Positions 1 to 11,901 are shown, counted from the stretch's first letter. The stretch is DNA of 64,000 nt from an uncultured Gemmatimonadaceae bacterium (GCA_963707105.1 CAVPOS010000014.1:212621-276620); one strand, 5' to 3'. Numbers and translations are program-made. Notes: generated by a model from the letters alone, not told the origin.

Positions 1-3000
1 GTCGACCGGCTTGATCACCGCGCTCAAGATCGGCACGGCGACGATCACCGCGACGAGCGAAGGCAAGAGCGGAACGTCGTTGGTCACGGTGACGAAGATC
101 CCCGTCGGCAGCGTGACGGTGGCGCCGCCGACCAAGGCGATGCTCGTCACGCAGACCTTCGCGCTCACGCCGACCGTGAAGGACAGCGTCGGCAACGTCG
201 TGACCGATCGCCCCGTTTCGTGGGGCTCGAACAACACCGCGGTCGCGACGGTGTCGGCCGCCGGCGTCGTGACCGCGGTCGCGCCGGGCACGGCGATCAT
301 CACGGCGACGAGCGAGACGAAGAGCGGCACGAGCACGATCACCGTGTCGCCGGTGCCGGTCGGCATCGTCGTCGTTCAGCCCGGGCATGACAGCCTCGCC
401 ATCGGCACCTCGCGGCAGTTCGCCGCCGTGACCGAAGACTCGATCGGCGGCGCGTTGACGGGTCGCGTGGTGACGTGGGGATCGAGCGATCCGACGACGG
501 CGAGCGTCTCGGCGACGGGCCTCGTCAGCGCGCTCAAACTCGGCACGGTGACGATCACGGCGACGAGCGAAGGCAAGAGCGGCACGTCGACGGTCCTGGT
601 GACGAAGGTTCCGGTCGGCAGCGTGACGCGTGGCACCGGCGAGCAAGGTGCTGCTCGTCACGCAGACCGTCGCGCTCGCGGCGACGGTGAGGGACAGCCT
701 CGGCACCTCGTGACGGACCGCGTGGTGACGTGGGGCTCGAGCAACACCGCCGTCGCGACGGTGACGTCGGCCGGCTCGTGACCGCGGTCGCGCCGGGCAC
801 GGCGACGATCACGGCGACGAGCGAGACGAAGAGCGGCACGAGCACGATCACGGTGTCGCTCGTTCCGGTGAGCACCGTCGTCGTTTACCGCCGAGCGCCG
901 GCATTCGCGTCACGGCCACGACGCAGCTGACCGCGACGACGAGGGATTCGATCGGCGGCACGCTGACGGGCCGCGTCGTGACGTGGGGCTCGAGCGACCC
1001 GACGGTCGCGACGGTGAACGCCACCGGCCTGGTGACCGGCGTGGCGGCGGGCACGGCGACGATCACGGCGACGAGCGAAGGCAAGAGCGGGACGTCGGCG
1101 ATCACGGTGACGAAGATTCCCGTCGGCAGCGTGACGGTGGCGCCGCCGACAAGGCGATGCTGGCACGCAGACCTCGCCCTCACGGCGACGGTGAAGGACG
1201 CTGGCGGGAACGTCGTGACGGACCGTGTGGTGACGTGGGGCTCGAGCAATACCGCCGCGGCGACGGTGTCGACGGCCGGCGTCGTGACGGCGGTCGCGCC
1301 GGGCACGGCGACGATCACGGCGACGAGCGAGACGCAGAGCGGCACGCGCACGATCACGGTGTCGCTCGTGCCGGTGGGCACGGTTGTCGTTCCCCGCCAA
1401 GCGCCAGCGTCCGCATCACGGGCACCACGCAGCTGACGGCCGTCGACGAAGGACTCGGCCGGCGACATGTTGACGGGGCGCGTCGGTGACGTGGGGCTCG
1501 AGCGACCCGACGGTCGCGACCGTCAACGTGAACGGCCTCGTGACCGGCGTCGCGCTGGGACGGCGACGATCACCGCGACGAGCGAGGGCAAGAGCGGGAC
1601 GTCGACGGTCACGGTCACGAAGATTCCGGTCGGCAGCGTGACGGTGGCGCCGCCGAGCAAGACGCTGCTCGTCACTCAGACGGCCTCGCTCGTGGCCACG
1701 GTTACCGACAGCGTCGGCACTGTCGTCACGGATCGCGTCGTCACGTGGGGCTCGAACAACACCCTCGTAGCCACGGTGTCGTCGACCGGGTTGGTCACCG
1801 CCGTTGCGCCGGGCACAGCGACGATCACGGCGACGAGTGAAACCAAGAGCGGCACGAGCACGATCACCGTGTCGCTCGTTCCGGTGAGCAGTGTCGTCGT
1901 TTCACCGCCGAGCGCCGGCATTCGCGTCACGGCCACGAAGCAACTGGCCGCCATGACGCTGGACTCGATCGGCGGCAAGCTGAGCGGGCGCGTGGTGACG
2001 TGGGGCTCGAGCGACCCGACGGTGGCGACGGTGAACTCGACCGGCCTCGTGACCGGCGTCGCGGCGGGAACGGCGACGATCACGGCGACGAGCGAGGGCA
2101 AGAGCGGCACGTCGACGATCACGGTCACGAAGATTCCCGTCGGCAGCGTGACGGTGGCGCCACCGACAAAGGCGATGCTCGTCACGCAAACCTTCGCCCT
2201 CGCGACCACGGTCGACGGACACCGCTGGGAACGTGGTGACTGATCGTGTGGTGACGTGGGGCTCGAACAACACCGCGGCCGCGACCGTATCGGCGGCCGG
2301 TGTGGTCACCGCCGTCGCGCCGGGCACGGCGACGATCACGGCGACGAGCGAGACGAAGAGCGGCACGAGCACGATCACCGTGTCGCTCGTTCCGGTGAGC
2401 ACCGTTGCCGTCACACCGCCGACCGCCGGCGTCCGCATCACCGGCACCACGCAACTGACCGCCGTGACGAAGGACTCGGTCGGCGGCGTGTTGACGGGTC
2501 GCGTCGTGACGTGGGGCTCGAGCGACCCGACGGTCGCAACCGTGAACGTGAACGGGCTGGTGACCGGCGTCGCGCTGGAACAGCGACGATCACCGCCACG
2601 AGCGAGGGCAAGAGCGGAACGTCGATGGTCACGGTCACGAAGATTCCCGTCGGCAGCGTGACGGTGGCGCCGCCGAGCAAGGCGTTGCTCGTCACTCAGA
2701 TGGTTTCGCTCGCGGCGACGGTCACGGACAGCGTCGGCACCGTCGTGACGGATCGCGTCGTCACGTGGGGCTCGAACAACACCCTCGTGGCCACGGTGTC
2801 GTCGACCGGGCTGGTGACCGCGGTCGCACCGGGCACCGCCACGATCACGGCAACGAGCGAAACCAAGAGCGGCACGAGCACGATCACAGTGTCGCTCGTT
2901 CCCGTGAGCACTGTCGTTGTTCAGCCGGCGCAAGACACGCTCGTCGTCAACGCCACGGCGCAGTTGGCCGCCACGACGAAGGATTCGATCGGCGGCGTGC

Positions 3001-3400
3001 TGACCGGCCGCGCCGTGACGTGGGGCTCGAGCGACCCGACGACGGCAAGCGTCTCGGTGAGCGGGCTGGTGACCGCGCTCAAACCGGGCAACGCGACGAT
3101 CACCGCGACAAGTGAAGGCAAGAGCGGGACCTCGGCGATCACCGTGCTCCAGGCTCCCGTCGCGAGCGTCACGGTTCTGCCGCCGAGCCCCGACACGGTG
3201 TTCATCGGCTACACGACGCAACTCTCGGCGGTGACGAAGGACGCGGGCGGCGGAACGTTGACCGGTCGCGTGGTCACGTGGCAATCGGACAACACGGCCG
3301 CCGCGACCGTCGATGCGACGGGCCTCGTGACCGGCGTGGCCGCGGGAACGGCGAATATCACCGCGACGAGTGAAGGCAAGACGGGGTCGGTGACGTGGTA
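1..3400 (+). repeat. Tandem ~510-bp super-repeat (two ~255-bp Big_2 modules of EGK and ETK subtype), about 6.5 copies
   Basis: The string ATCAC(C/G)GCGACGAGCGA(A/G)GGCAAGAGCGG recurs at about 41, 554, 1062, 1569, 2079, 2589 and 3099. Spacing is 507-510 bp, and the ETK-type module sits midway between copies. Confidence 0.85.
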
Positions 3401-3948
3401 TCCACGGTCGCGCCGGTGGGCAGCGTCGTCGTCGCGCCGGCGTCGGATCCGGTGACGACGGGCGGGACACCAGGCAGTTGAACGCCACCGTGAGGGACGT
3501 GAAAGGAACGATCGTGACCGACCGCCCGATCACCTGGGCGAGCACGCAGCCTTCCCTGGCTTCGGTCTCGCCCAGCAGCGGCGCAACGTCACGGTCACTG
3601 GATCAGCCCGGGCTCGGCTTCGATCGTCGCGACCGCGGAGACGAAGTCCGGTCTTCCGCGGGTGAAGGTGATTCCGGCCGTCGCGACGGTTCAGATCGCG
3701 CCGCCGACGGCGACGCTGAGTGGGCCACCACGCCGACGGTGCAGCTCACGGCCACGCTGTTGGACGCATCAAGCACGGTCATCGCCGGACGGCGGTCACG
3801 TGGCCAGCAGCGACCCGACGATCGCGACGGTGAACGCAAAACTGGACTCGTAACAGCGAAGGCCCCCGGGACGGCGTCGATCACGGCGACAGCCGTTCTG
3901 GATCGGGTGACCTCGTCCGTGGCAACCGTCAGCACGGTGACACCCTGA
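1..3948 (+). CDS. Big_2 (bacterial Ig-like group 2) tandem-domain surface protein A, 5'-truncated by the window edge, with multiple frame disruptions (possible pseudogene or indel errors)
   Basis: About 85-aa modules with the Big_2 signature recur (TATITATSEGKSGTSxVTVTKIPVGSVTVAPP alternating with GTATITATSETKSGTSTITVSLVPV). They span ORFs 11..781, 978..1436, 1467..2243, 2233..2661, 2256..3455 and 3478..3948, and the reading frame hops between these ORFs. Stop TGA at 3946-3948. Confidence 0.8.
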
Positions 3949-5025
3949 TGATGCGCAAACTCTGGCTGCCATTCTGGGCTCGATGCTGGCGCCGCTCGCG
4001 CTGCGAGGCCAAAGCGCGACGCCTCAGAGAGATCTCGCTCAAATCGCGAACGGTCGCCGTGCGCATACGCTCGGCGTGCGCGAACACCGTGACGCAATCG
4101 TCGTCGCCGACCGAGGCTCAGCGCCGCGACGCGCGCGAAATGGCGCAGCGCGCGAGGCAGTCCGCGATCCTCGGCGACGCGACGGCGTCGCTCAGCCAAC
4201 TGCGCGGCGCCGCCGGACTGGATCCAGGGATCCGAATGTCGCGTACGAGTTGGCGCGCGCGTACGAGAGGCCGGTGCAATTCCAACACCGCCGCAAGAAT
4301 ACTGCCGGTTTCTTTCGCTCGCCCGAACGCCGCCGAGGCGAGGAGGCGGGCCACGTCGCGACGATCGCGCCGCCAAGGCCCGACACCGTGGTCACGATCG
4401 AGGAACGGCGTTCAACGCGGCGTCGACGCGTCGACAAGGGCCAGTGGGCGGACGCGGAGGTGTTCTTCACCGCCGTCCTGCGGATCGATTCGACGTCGGC
4501 GGACACGTACTACGACCGTGCGCTGGTGCGGTCGATGCAGAATAATCGCGATGGAGCCGCGGACGACTACGAGCGTTACCTCGGCTTCGCCCCGAGGCGC
4601 TCGATCGCACAGGGTCTTCGCGCGCGTGAAGCGCTGCGCGCGCGGCGCATGTCGGCGTCGCAGGCGTTCGGGCTGGGCGTGGTCGTACCGGGCGGCGGTC
4701 AGTCTACACGAAGCGTCCGATCCGCGGCATCCTGTCCCTCGCCGCCGTCGGCGCCGCCGCGGGCTTCGCGATGATCGAGAAGACGACGATGGCGACCAGA
4801 CGCAGACGGCGAACGATCCGTTCGGAAACAAGTACAGCTACTCGGTCACGACGGCGCACAAAACGCGGCCGTCCAGATTCCGGGATTCGCCGCGGCCGGC
4901 GGGATCGCGCTGCTGAGCGCCATCGACGCCGCGCGTTACGCGGCAGCGTGCGCGGCTCGAGCGTCTCCGTTTCGCTGGTGCCGACTCCGGCGGCGCGGCG
5001 GTCTCGTCAGTTTTGCGATCCGTGA
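3948..5025 (+). CDS. TPR-like repeat protein with hydrophobic C-terminal segments (frame-disrupted; both ends uncertain)
   Basis: Patches such as AEVFFTAVLRIDSTSADTYYDRALVRSMQNNRDGAADDYERYLGFAP look TPR-like. LGVVVPGGGQ followed in another frame by YTKRPIRGILSLAAVGAAAGFA looks like a membrane segment. ATG 3948 overlaps the stop of the upstream Big_2 gene (TGATG). Confidence 0.35.
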
Positions 5026-5097
5026 GGCGAGCGGTGGCCACGGCGAGGGATCCCAATAGGTTAGATTAGCTTTGGCGCAGTGGGCGGATCCTTGGGA

Positions 5098-5130
5098 GAA
5101 GGAGAGAGCTTGCTCAGAAGATCTCTTCCG
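5098..5130 (+). promoter_or_regulatory. Conserved leader hairpin upstream of Big_2 gene B (copy 1 of 2)
   Basis: GAAGGAGAGAGCTTGCTCAGAAGATCTCTTCCG: GGAGAGAGCTT (5101-5111) can pair with AAGATCTCTTCC (5118-5129). A near-identical sequence lies at 8217-8249 upstream of gene C. Confidence 0.4.
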
Positions 5131-5194
5131 CGTGGCCGCGAACGTAGCGTCACTGGTTGATCGATGCAGACTCGGCATTGACGAGTCGGGAAGC

Positions 5195-8162
5195 GTGACG
5201 GTGCGTTTGCTGACGCCTCGGGCACGACACATCGCGGGCTGGATCGCGACGGCAGCCTGGCGGCGTGCGCCGTCGCAAGGGACATCGTGACCACCATGGA
5301 CGTCGGGTGGGTCTCGATCACGCCGACCGCGACCACGGTGTCGGTGGGCGCGCAGATCCGCTCCAGGCGCTCGTCCAGGATGCCGGCGGAAAGACGATCG
5401 CCGCAACGGACATCTACTGGTCCGTCGAGAACCGGGCATCGCGACCATTCCAGTACCGGGACCATGACCAGCGTCGCGCTCAGATCGACCCAGGTCGCGG
5501 CGAGTGTGAACGGCAGTCGGGGTCGGGACGATCACCGCGAGCGAAGCGGTGGCGAGCGTGGTCGTCAGACGCCCGCACGTGGACGCGGCCCCCGGCGGCA
5601 AGCGAGCTCTCGGCCACCGCGTACGACGCGGGGCGGGTTCCGCTCAGCGGGCGCCCCATCACGTGGACACGAGCAACGCCGCCGTCGCGACGGCCGACTC
5701 GAACGGCATGATGACCCCGGTCAGCACGGGCCGGCGACGATCACCGCGACGTCGGAAGGAAGAACGGCACCGCCACCATCGCGATTTCGGAGGCCGCCGT
5801 CGCCACATCAGGACCGCTGACTCCGAGTCCGATCACCATCGACAGTCGGACAGACGACGAGTTCGGCGGCCACGTTCACGGACGCCGACGGAAACGCGCT
5901 GAACGGACGGTCGTCACGTGGAGCGGCTCGAACCCGCCGCGGCTGCCGTGTCGACGGCCGGTTCGTCGCGGCCGTTCGTCGGCAACCACGACGATCACAG
6001 CGTCGGGTGAAGGAAAGAGTGGTACGGCGGGTGTGACCATCGAACGTCGCCGTCGGATCGGTCACCGTTCAACCGCAGAGGACCGTCGATCGTTCAGGGC
6101 GCGAACGTTCGACTCAGCGCCATCGTCCGCGACGTCAACGGAAACATCGTCACGATCCGTGGTGGCCTGGTCGATGAGCAACACGACCGAAGCGGTCGTT
6201 TCCTCGACGAGATCGTGACCGGCGTCGCGCCGGGCAACGTGGGCGATCACGGCGACGAGCGAAGGAAAGACCGGCTTTATGACGGTGAACGTGACACAGG
6301 TGCCCGTGGTTTGAGTGATTCTGTCGCCGGCGTTGGTGAGCATTCGAACGGGCAAGACCGTGATGTCTGGCGGCGACGGTGAAGGATCTGTTGGGCAACG
6401 TCGTCACGAACTGCTGGATCGACCTGGCTGTCGAGCAACCTCGTGATTGCGACGGTGAACGCGGGAAGCGAGTCATGGCGGCGGCTGTTCGGCATGGTGA
6501 TGATCATGGCGATGTGGCGAAGGCAAGAGGCGGGCAACGGCGACGGTCAACGTGACGGCGATTCCGGCGGTGATGGTGGTCGTGGCGCTGGTGACGGAAT
6601 CGATGTTGATGTTGCAGACCTTCCCTCTCGGTGTGATGTACTTGACCGATCTGGGCGGGACTCGTGGTCACTGATCGCGTCGTGACGTGGGCATCTGGGG
6701 AGTGGTCGCCGGGGCGGCGGACGGTGTCGGCGATCGGCGGTCGCCTAACCGCGGTCGTGCTGGAACGGTGATTATTACTGCGACGAGCGAGGGCAAGAGC
6801 GGCTCGAGCACGATCACCGTGACGCCGGTGCCCGTCGGGATACTGTGGCGGTGCAACCGGCCGACGGCCACCATCGGGCCCGGCGCGACGGTGCAACTCA
6901 CGGCGATCGCCGAAGGACTCGGCCGGCGGCGTGTCTGACGGGGCGCGCGGTGAGCTGGGGGTCGAGCAATCCAGCGGTGGCGACGGTCTCGTCGTTCGGG
7001 TCTCGTGACCGCTGTCGCGGTGGGCACGGCGACGATCACCGCCAGGCAGCGAAGGCAAGAGCGGGGCGTCGGCGATCACGGTGCAAGTTCCGGTGGCTTC
7101 GGTCACGGTCGCACCGCCGACGGCGACGATTCTCGTGACGCAGACCAAGGCATTCACCGCGACGACGAAGGACGCTCAGGGGAACACGATCACCGGCCGG
7201 ACCGTGACGTGGAAGCGAGCAATCCCGCGGCTGCCACGGTGAACGCCAACACCGGCGTCGCGACCGCCGTTGCTCTAGGCACGGCGACGATCACGGCGAC
7301 GAGCGAAGGCAAGTCGGGCACGGCGACACTTACGGTGACTCCCGTGCCGGTATCGAGCGTTTCGATCACTCCGGTGAGTCCTGATACGGTCTTCTTCGGC
7401 TACACGACTCAGCTGGCGGCGGTGACGAAGGATTCGATCGGCGGCATTCTCACCGGGCGGGTCGTCACGTGGCAAGTCACGAACGCCGGGGTGGCCGCCG
7501 TGGACCCGACGGGACTCGTGAGCGCAGTCGCCTCCGGAACGACGCAGGTGACGGCGACGAGCGAGGGAAAGAGCGGGTCGAATACGCTGGTGTCGATGAG
7601 GGCGCCGGTCGGGAACGTGACTGTCGTCCCCGCGGTGGACTCGGTCACGAACTCCGGCGCCGCGAGCACGAAGACCCTCACAGCCACGATTAGAGACGTC
7701 AAGGGAACCGTGGTCACGGACCGCACCGTGAGCTGGACGAGCACGCCTGGCTCCGTTGCGACCATAACACCGGCGTCAGGCCCTTCGACGACGTTGTCCG
7801 GCAAGGCCGTCGGTGCAGCCCGGGTTATCGCGACGTCGGAGACGAAGGCCGATACGTCGACGATCAACGTAATTCTGGCCGTGACAAGCGTTCAGGTGTC
7901 GCCCGCCGCGCAAACGCTGAGCCTCGCATTGACGCCTACGGTTCAACTGACGGCGACGACCAAGAACGGCGGCACGATTATCACCGGGCGCACGATCACT
8001 TGGACGTCGAGCGATCCTACGATTGCGACGGTGTCGGCGTCTGGATTGGTGAGGGCCATCAAGGCCGGCGGCGTCACAATCACGGCGCGTTCCGGTTTCG
8101 ACGGCGGCGCGAATCCGTCCACCGGTCCTGCGGGCACCGCGGTGATCACGGTGACCCAATAA
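5195..8162 (+). CDS. Big_2 tandem-domain surface lipoprotein B, heavily frame-disrupted in its middle part (possible pseudogene)
   Basis: N-terminus VTVRLLTPRARHIAGWIATAA then LAACAVARDIVTT (lipobox-like, one frame hop), paralogous to the gene C N-terminus. Big_2 modules run throughout (for example ORF 7005..8162: TATITATSEGKSGTATLTVTPVPVSSVSITP). Stop TAA at 8160-8162. Confidence 0.7.
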
Positions 8163-8216
8163 CGCCCCGACGACGACGGGCGGCATAAAACTCGCGAAGT
8201 CGACGGATTCCTCGGT

Positions 8217-8249
8217 GAAGGAGAGAGCTTGTTCAAGAAGTCTCTTCCG
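8217..8249 (+). promoter_or_regulatory. Conserved leader hairpin upstream of Big_2 gene C (copy 2 of 2)
   Basis: GAAGGAGAGAGCTTGTTCAAGAAGTCTCTTCCG has the same stem as 5098-5130 with a loop variant. A second conserved block (GATGCnGAnCTCGGC...TCGGGAAGC) follows in both leaders. Confidence 0.4.
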
Positions 8250-8334
8250 ATGAGTCCGGCCGTTCCCGCGACATTCGCTTCTCTAGTTCTCTGATGCCGA
8301 GCTCGGCGTTTGGGGACGTCGGGAAGCAGCGCTG

Positions 8335-10743
8335 ATGCCGCACGCGCCAGTTTGGCGGGGGGCCGGCGGGCGTCGCACCGCGGTTTGGATCTTGGCTGCG
8401 ATCGTTGCGGCGTGCGCTCGCGCGGCGACGGACGTCGTGACCACGCTCGACGTCGGATCGGTGTCGATCAGGCGCCATCGACGACGGTGACGGTCGGCTC
8501 GCAGATTTCGCTTCAGGCCCTCGTCCAGGATCCCAGCGGGAACTCGATCGCCGCCACGGGCGTCTTCTGGTCGGTCCAAGACCCGAGCATCGCGACGGTC
8601 TCGAGTGATGGGATCGTGACCGGGGTCGCCCCCGGCTCGACGCAGGTCTCCGCGAGTGTGAACGGCAAATCGGGGATCGCGATGATCACCGTCGAGAAAA
8701 CGCCGGTGGCGACCGTGGTCGTCACCCCTCCGCACGTGGACGCGGCTCCGGGCGTGCGGACCAGCTCTCGGCGGTCGCGTATGACGAGGCACAGAATCCC
8801 CTCACAGGGCGGGCCATCACGTGGAGCACCAGCAACGCCGCCGTCGCCACGGTGGACGCGAACGGGATGGCGTCGGCGTTCGCCCCGGGACCGCCACGAT
8901 ACGGCTACGGCCGACGGCAAGAGCGGCACCGCGACGATACGGTGTCGCAAGCCGCCGTCGCGACGGTGACGGTGACGCCGAGTCCGCTCTCGATGTCGGT
9001 CGGACAGGCGACGCAGCTCACCGCCACGCTCAAGGACGCCGTCGGCAACGTGCTGAACGGACGCACCGTGTCGTGGTCCAGCTCCAACCCCGCCGCGGCC
9101 ACGGTCTCGGCGAAAGGCCTGGTGACCGCCGTCGCGAAGGGCAGCGCGACGATCACGGCGACGAGCGAAGGCAAGACCGGTAGCGCGGACGTCACGATGA
9201 CGAACGTCGCGGTCGGGTCGGTGACGGTTCAGCCGCAGGATCCATCGGTCGTCGTCGGATCGAGCGTGCAACTCAGTGCGATCGTGCGAGACGCGAATGG
9301 CAACATCGTCACGGATCGCGCGGTCGCGTGGGCGTCGAGCAATCCCGGCGTCGCGACGGTTTCGTCGTCCGGCGTCGTGACGGGCGCCTCCGTCGGGAGC
9401 GCCTCGATTACAGCGACGAGCGAAGGAAAATCCGGAGCGACGATCGTGAGCGTCATTCCCGTGCCCGTCGGAAGCGTGACGGTGTCGCCGGCGACGGCGA
9501 GCACGCAGTCGGATCGACGACGACGCTCGCCGCCACGGTGAAGGATCAGAACGGGACGGTGGTGACGAACCGCGTCGTCACCTGGGCGTCGAGCAAACGC
9601 CCGTCGCCACCGTCGCGGGGGGCGTCGTTACCGGCATCAAGGTCGGGACGGCGACGATCACCGCGACCAGCGAGGGAAGAGCGGGGCGGCGGCGGTGACG
9701 GTGACGGCGCCCGTGCCGGTGAGCGCCGTTGTCGTTCAACCGTGACAGGACACGCTGTTGGCGAATGCGACGCTGCAGTTGACGGCGCTGACCGAGGATT
9801 CAGTTGGCGGCGTTCTCACCGGCAGGACAGTGACTTGGACGACGAACAACCCGTCGGTCGCAACGGTGTCGCCGACTGGGCTCGTCAGCTCGACGTCTAC
9901 CGCAGGCAAGGCCACGATCACCGCTACCAGCGGGGGTAAGAACGGACGTCGACGATCACGGTGGTCGTTCCGATCGCGACAGTCACGGTCGCCCCGGCGA
10001 CAAAGACCATTCTCGCGGGCGACACCGCGCCGTTCACGGCCACGGCGAGGGACGCGCAGGGCAATGTGCTCGCCGGACAGGCGTTCGTCTGGACTTCGAG
10101 CAACCCCGGTGTCGCCACCGTTCCTCGACCGGACGGCGACGGGAGTTGGAGTCGGGGTTGCGACCATAACGGCGACTGCGCCTCTCGCGGGGAAGTCGGG
10201 TAGCGCGACGCTCACCGTCAACGCTGCTTCGATCACGTGACCCCGTCGCCGGACTCCGCGTACGTCGGGCAGACGGCCATGCTGACCGCGACGGCCAGAG
10301 ACAAGAGTGGGAATCCGGTGGCCGCTCAGGGCTTTAGCTGGAGCTCGAAGGCCGCTGGCATCGCCACCGTATCGCAATCGGGGGTGGTGACCGGCCTGGC
10401 GGCCGGCTCGACGACCATCGTCGCAACACTGGGCAGTCAGTCCGCCCAAGCCACTTTCAAGGTGCTCGCGCCCGTGGCCACGGTCGCGGTCTCACCGTCG
10501 AATCCGTCGATTGCGAAGAACGGAAACGTGGTCCTTCAGGCGACACTCAAAGATGCGTCCAACGCCCCCATTGGTCCTGGCCGCGTGGTCACATGGACGG
10601 CCTCGGACAATGGCATCGTTACGCTCACACCGACGGCAGGGACGTACAACGCGACGGTGAAAGCCAAAAGGCCGGGACCGTCACCATCACGGCGACCAGC
10701 GAGGGTAAGACCGGAACGGCAACCGTTACGTGTGAAGAACTGA
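8335..10743 (+). CDS. Big_2 tandem-domain surface lipoprotein C (frame-disrupted)
   Basis: ATG 8335 gives MPHAPVWRGAGGRRTAVWILAAIVAACARAATDVVTT (signal peptide plus lipobox AAC). Big_2 modules follow in ORFs 8310..8969, 8852..9541, 9758..10240 and 10237..10743 (SATITATSEGKTGSADVTMT, GTVTITATSEGKTGTATVT). Confidence 0.75.
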
Positions 10744-11901
10744 CCGGAGCACGACGCGAGCCGGTACCGGACTCCGTCGACCTTCGACGGCCCTCCCGAC
10801 GTCGGGATGGAGCGTGAGACGCTGCACGCGCCAGTTGAGCAACTCGGCCACGTACAGCTCGTTCTCCGACGGGCACGCGATCTCGTGGATCCAACCGAAT
10901 TGCTTCGGCTCCTTGCCCGCTTCGCCGAGCACGCCGAGGACCTTGCCGTCGAGTGTGAGCTTGTAGATGCGGCCCGGCACGGCGTCGGCGCTGTAGAGCA
11001 CCTGGTTGGGGCCCGGCGTGATGCAGATCGCCCACGGCGCGCCGGAGACGGCGAGCGGATTCGAGTTCGGCGCCGGCATGGCGCCCAACATGACGTTCGG
11101 CGTCTTCGTCGAACGGCACGTCGATCGTGAACTGCCGCTGAGAAGTTGCCGTCGCGGGTCGAACACCTGGATGCGATGGTTGCGTGCGGTCGGCGACGTA
11201 GACGTTCCGTGGCGTCGCTGGCGATGGTGTGCAGGATGTTGAACTGGCCCGGCCCGGTGCCGCGCTCGCCCCAGGTTTTCACCCAGCGGCCGTCCTTGTC
11301 GATCTTCACGACGCGCGAGTTGTTGTAGCCGTCGGCGACGAAGATGTTGCCGGCCGCGTCCCACGCGACGTCGGTCGGGCGGTTGAACGATCCCCACCCC
11401 GGCCGCGGCGCGTCCCCGGCGCCGGCTCCGCCGGCGCCTCGACGGCTTCGGCGCGGCGGCCGAGCACCATCAGCACGCGGCCGGCCGGGTTGAACTTCAT
11501 GATCATGTTCGTGCCTTCGTCGGTCGCCCAGATGTTGTCGTCTCTTGTCGATGCGGACGGTGTGCGCGAACGCGAATCCGTAGAGATCCTTGCCGATCTC
11601 GCGGATGAACGCGCCGTCGGGGCCGAACTCGAACAGCTGCGACGCCGGCCTCGCCGTGCAGCGTGCTGCGACTGCCGGTGCGCGAGAACACGTAGAGATG
11701 CTTGCGCGCGTCGATCGTGACGCCGGCGACTTCACCGAAGTACATGTTCGGCGGCAGCTTGAGAAAATCGATGCTCGCGTCGAAGCGGATTTCGGGAACG
11801 GGCTGCTGGGCGTTGGCGACGGTCGGCATTGCGCCGAGACCGGACAACACGCCCAGCGCGGCGGCGGATCGCAGAGCGATCGAGAGGGATGGGGTGCGCA
11901 T
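10726..11901 (-). CDS. NHL-repeat six-bladed beta-propeller protein, secreted (frame-disrupted; 3' end uncertain)
   Basis: Signal peptide MRTPSLSIALRSAAALGVLSGLGAMPTVANAQQ. NHL-like blades: NRPTDVAWDAAGNIFVADGYNNSRVVKIDKDGRWVKTWGERGTGPGQFNILHTIA, NHRIQVFD, ELYVAELLNWRVQRL. Confidence 0.7.

Noticed and set aside
1-6. The window starts with GTCGAC (a SalI site), which could mark a cloned-insert boundary of an environmental fosmid or cosmid.
   Set aside because: A single 6-mer at a window edge is uninformative; the 3' end shows no matching site, and the window may simply be cut from a longer record.
376-2209. Antisense ORFs with hydrophobic repeats (for example LPSLVAVIVAVPGATAVT at 376..636, 848..1468 and 1676..2209, minus strand) that look like membrane proteins.
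   Set aside because: They are the reverse-complement reading of the T/A/V/G/S-rich Big_2 repeats. The periodicity is inherited from the sense strand, whose Big_2 signature is unambiguous.
1902-3545. 547-aa ORF on the minus strand across the Big_2 repeats. Similar long ORFs occur at 17386..19101 (+), 19921..22170 (+), 21846..23153 (+), 30751..32229 (-) and 60436..62433 (-).
   Set aside because: All lie antisense to genes with clear family signatures. Their translations are Arg/Gly/Asp/His-rich low-complexity strings typical of non-coding frames in GC-rich DNA, where stop codons are rare.
5110-5160. Short TTG-initiated upstream ORFs (5110-5160 and 8229-8294) annotated as genes.
   Set aside because: Only the first 7 codons are similar, and that conservation coincides with the hairpin stem. 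Lengths and remaining sequences differ. They are kept only as an alternative reading within the leader finding.
1-10743. A diversity-generating retroelement or phase-variation system acting on the near-identical Big_2 repeats.
   Set aside because: No reverse transcriptase, template-repeat arrangement, invertase or homopolymeric or short-repeat switch was seen. The differences between modules include indels and mixed substitutions rather than an obvious adenine-specific pattern, though this was not tested quantitatively.
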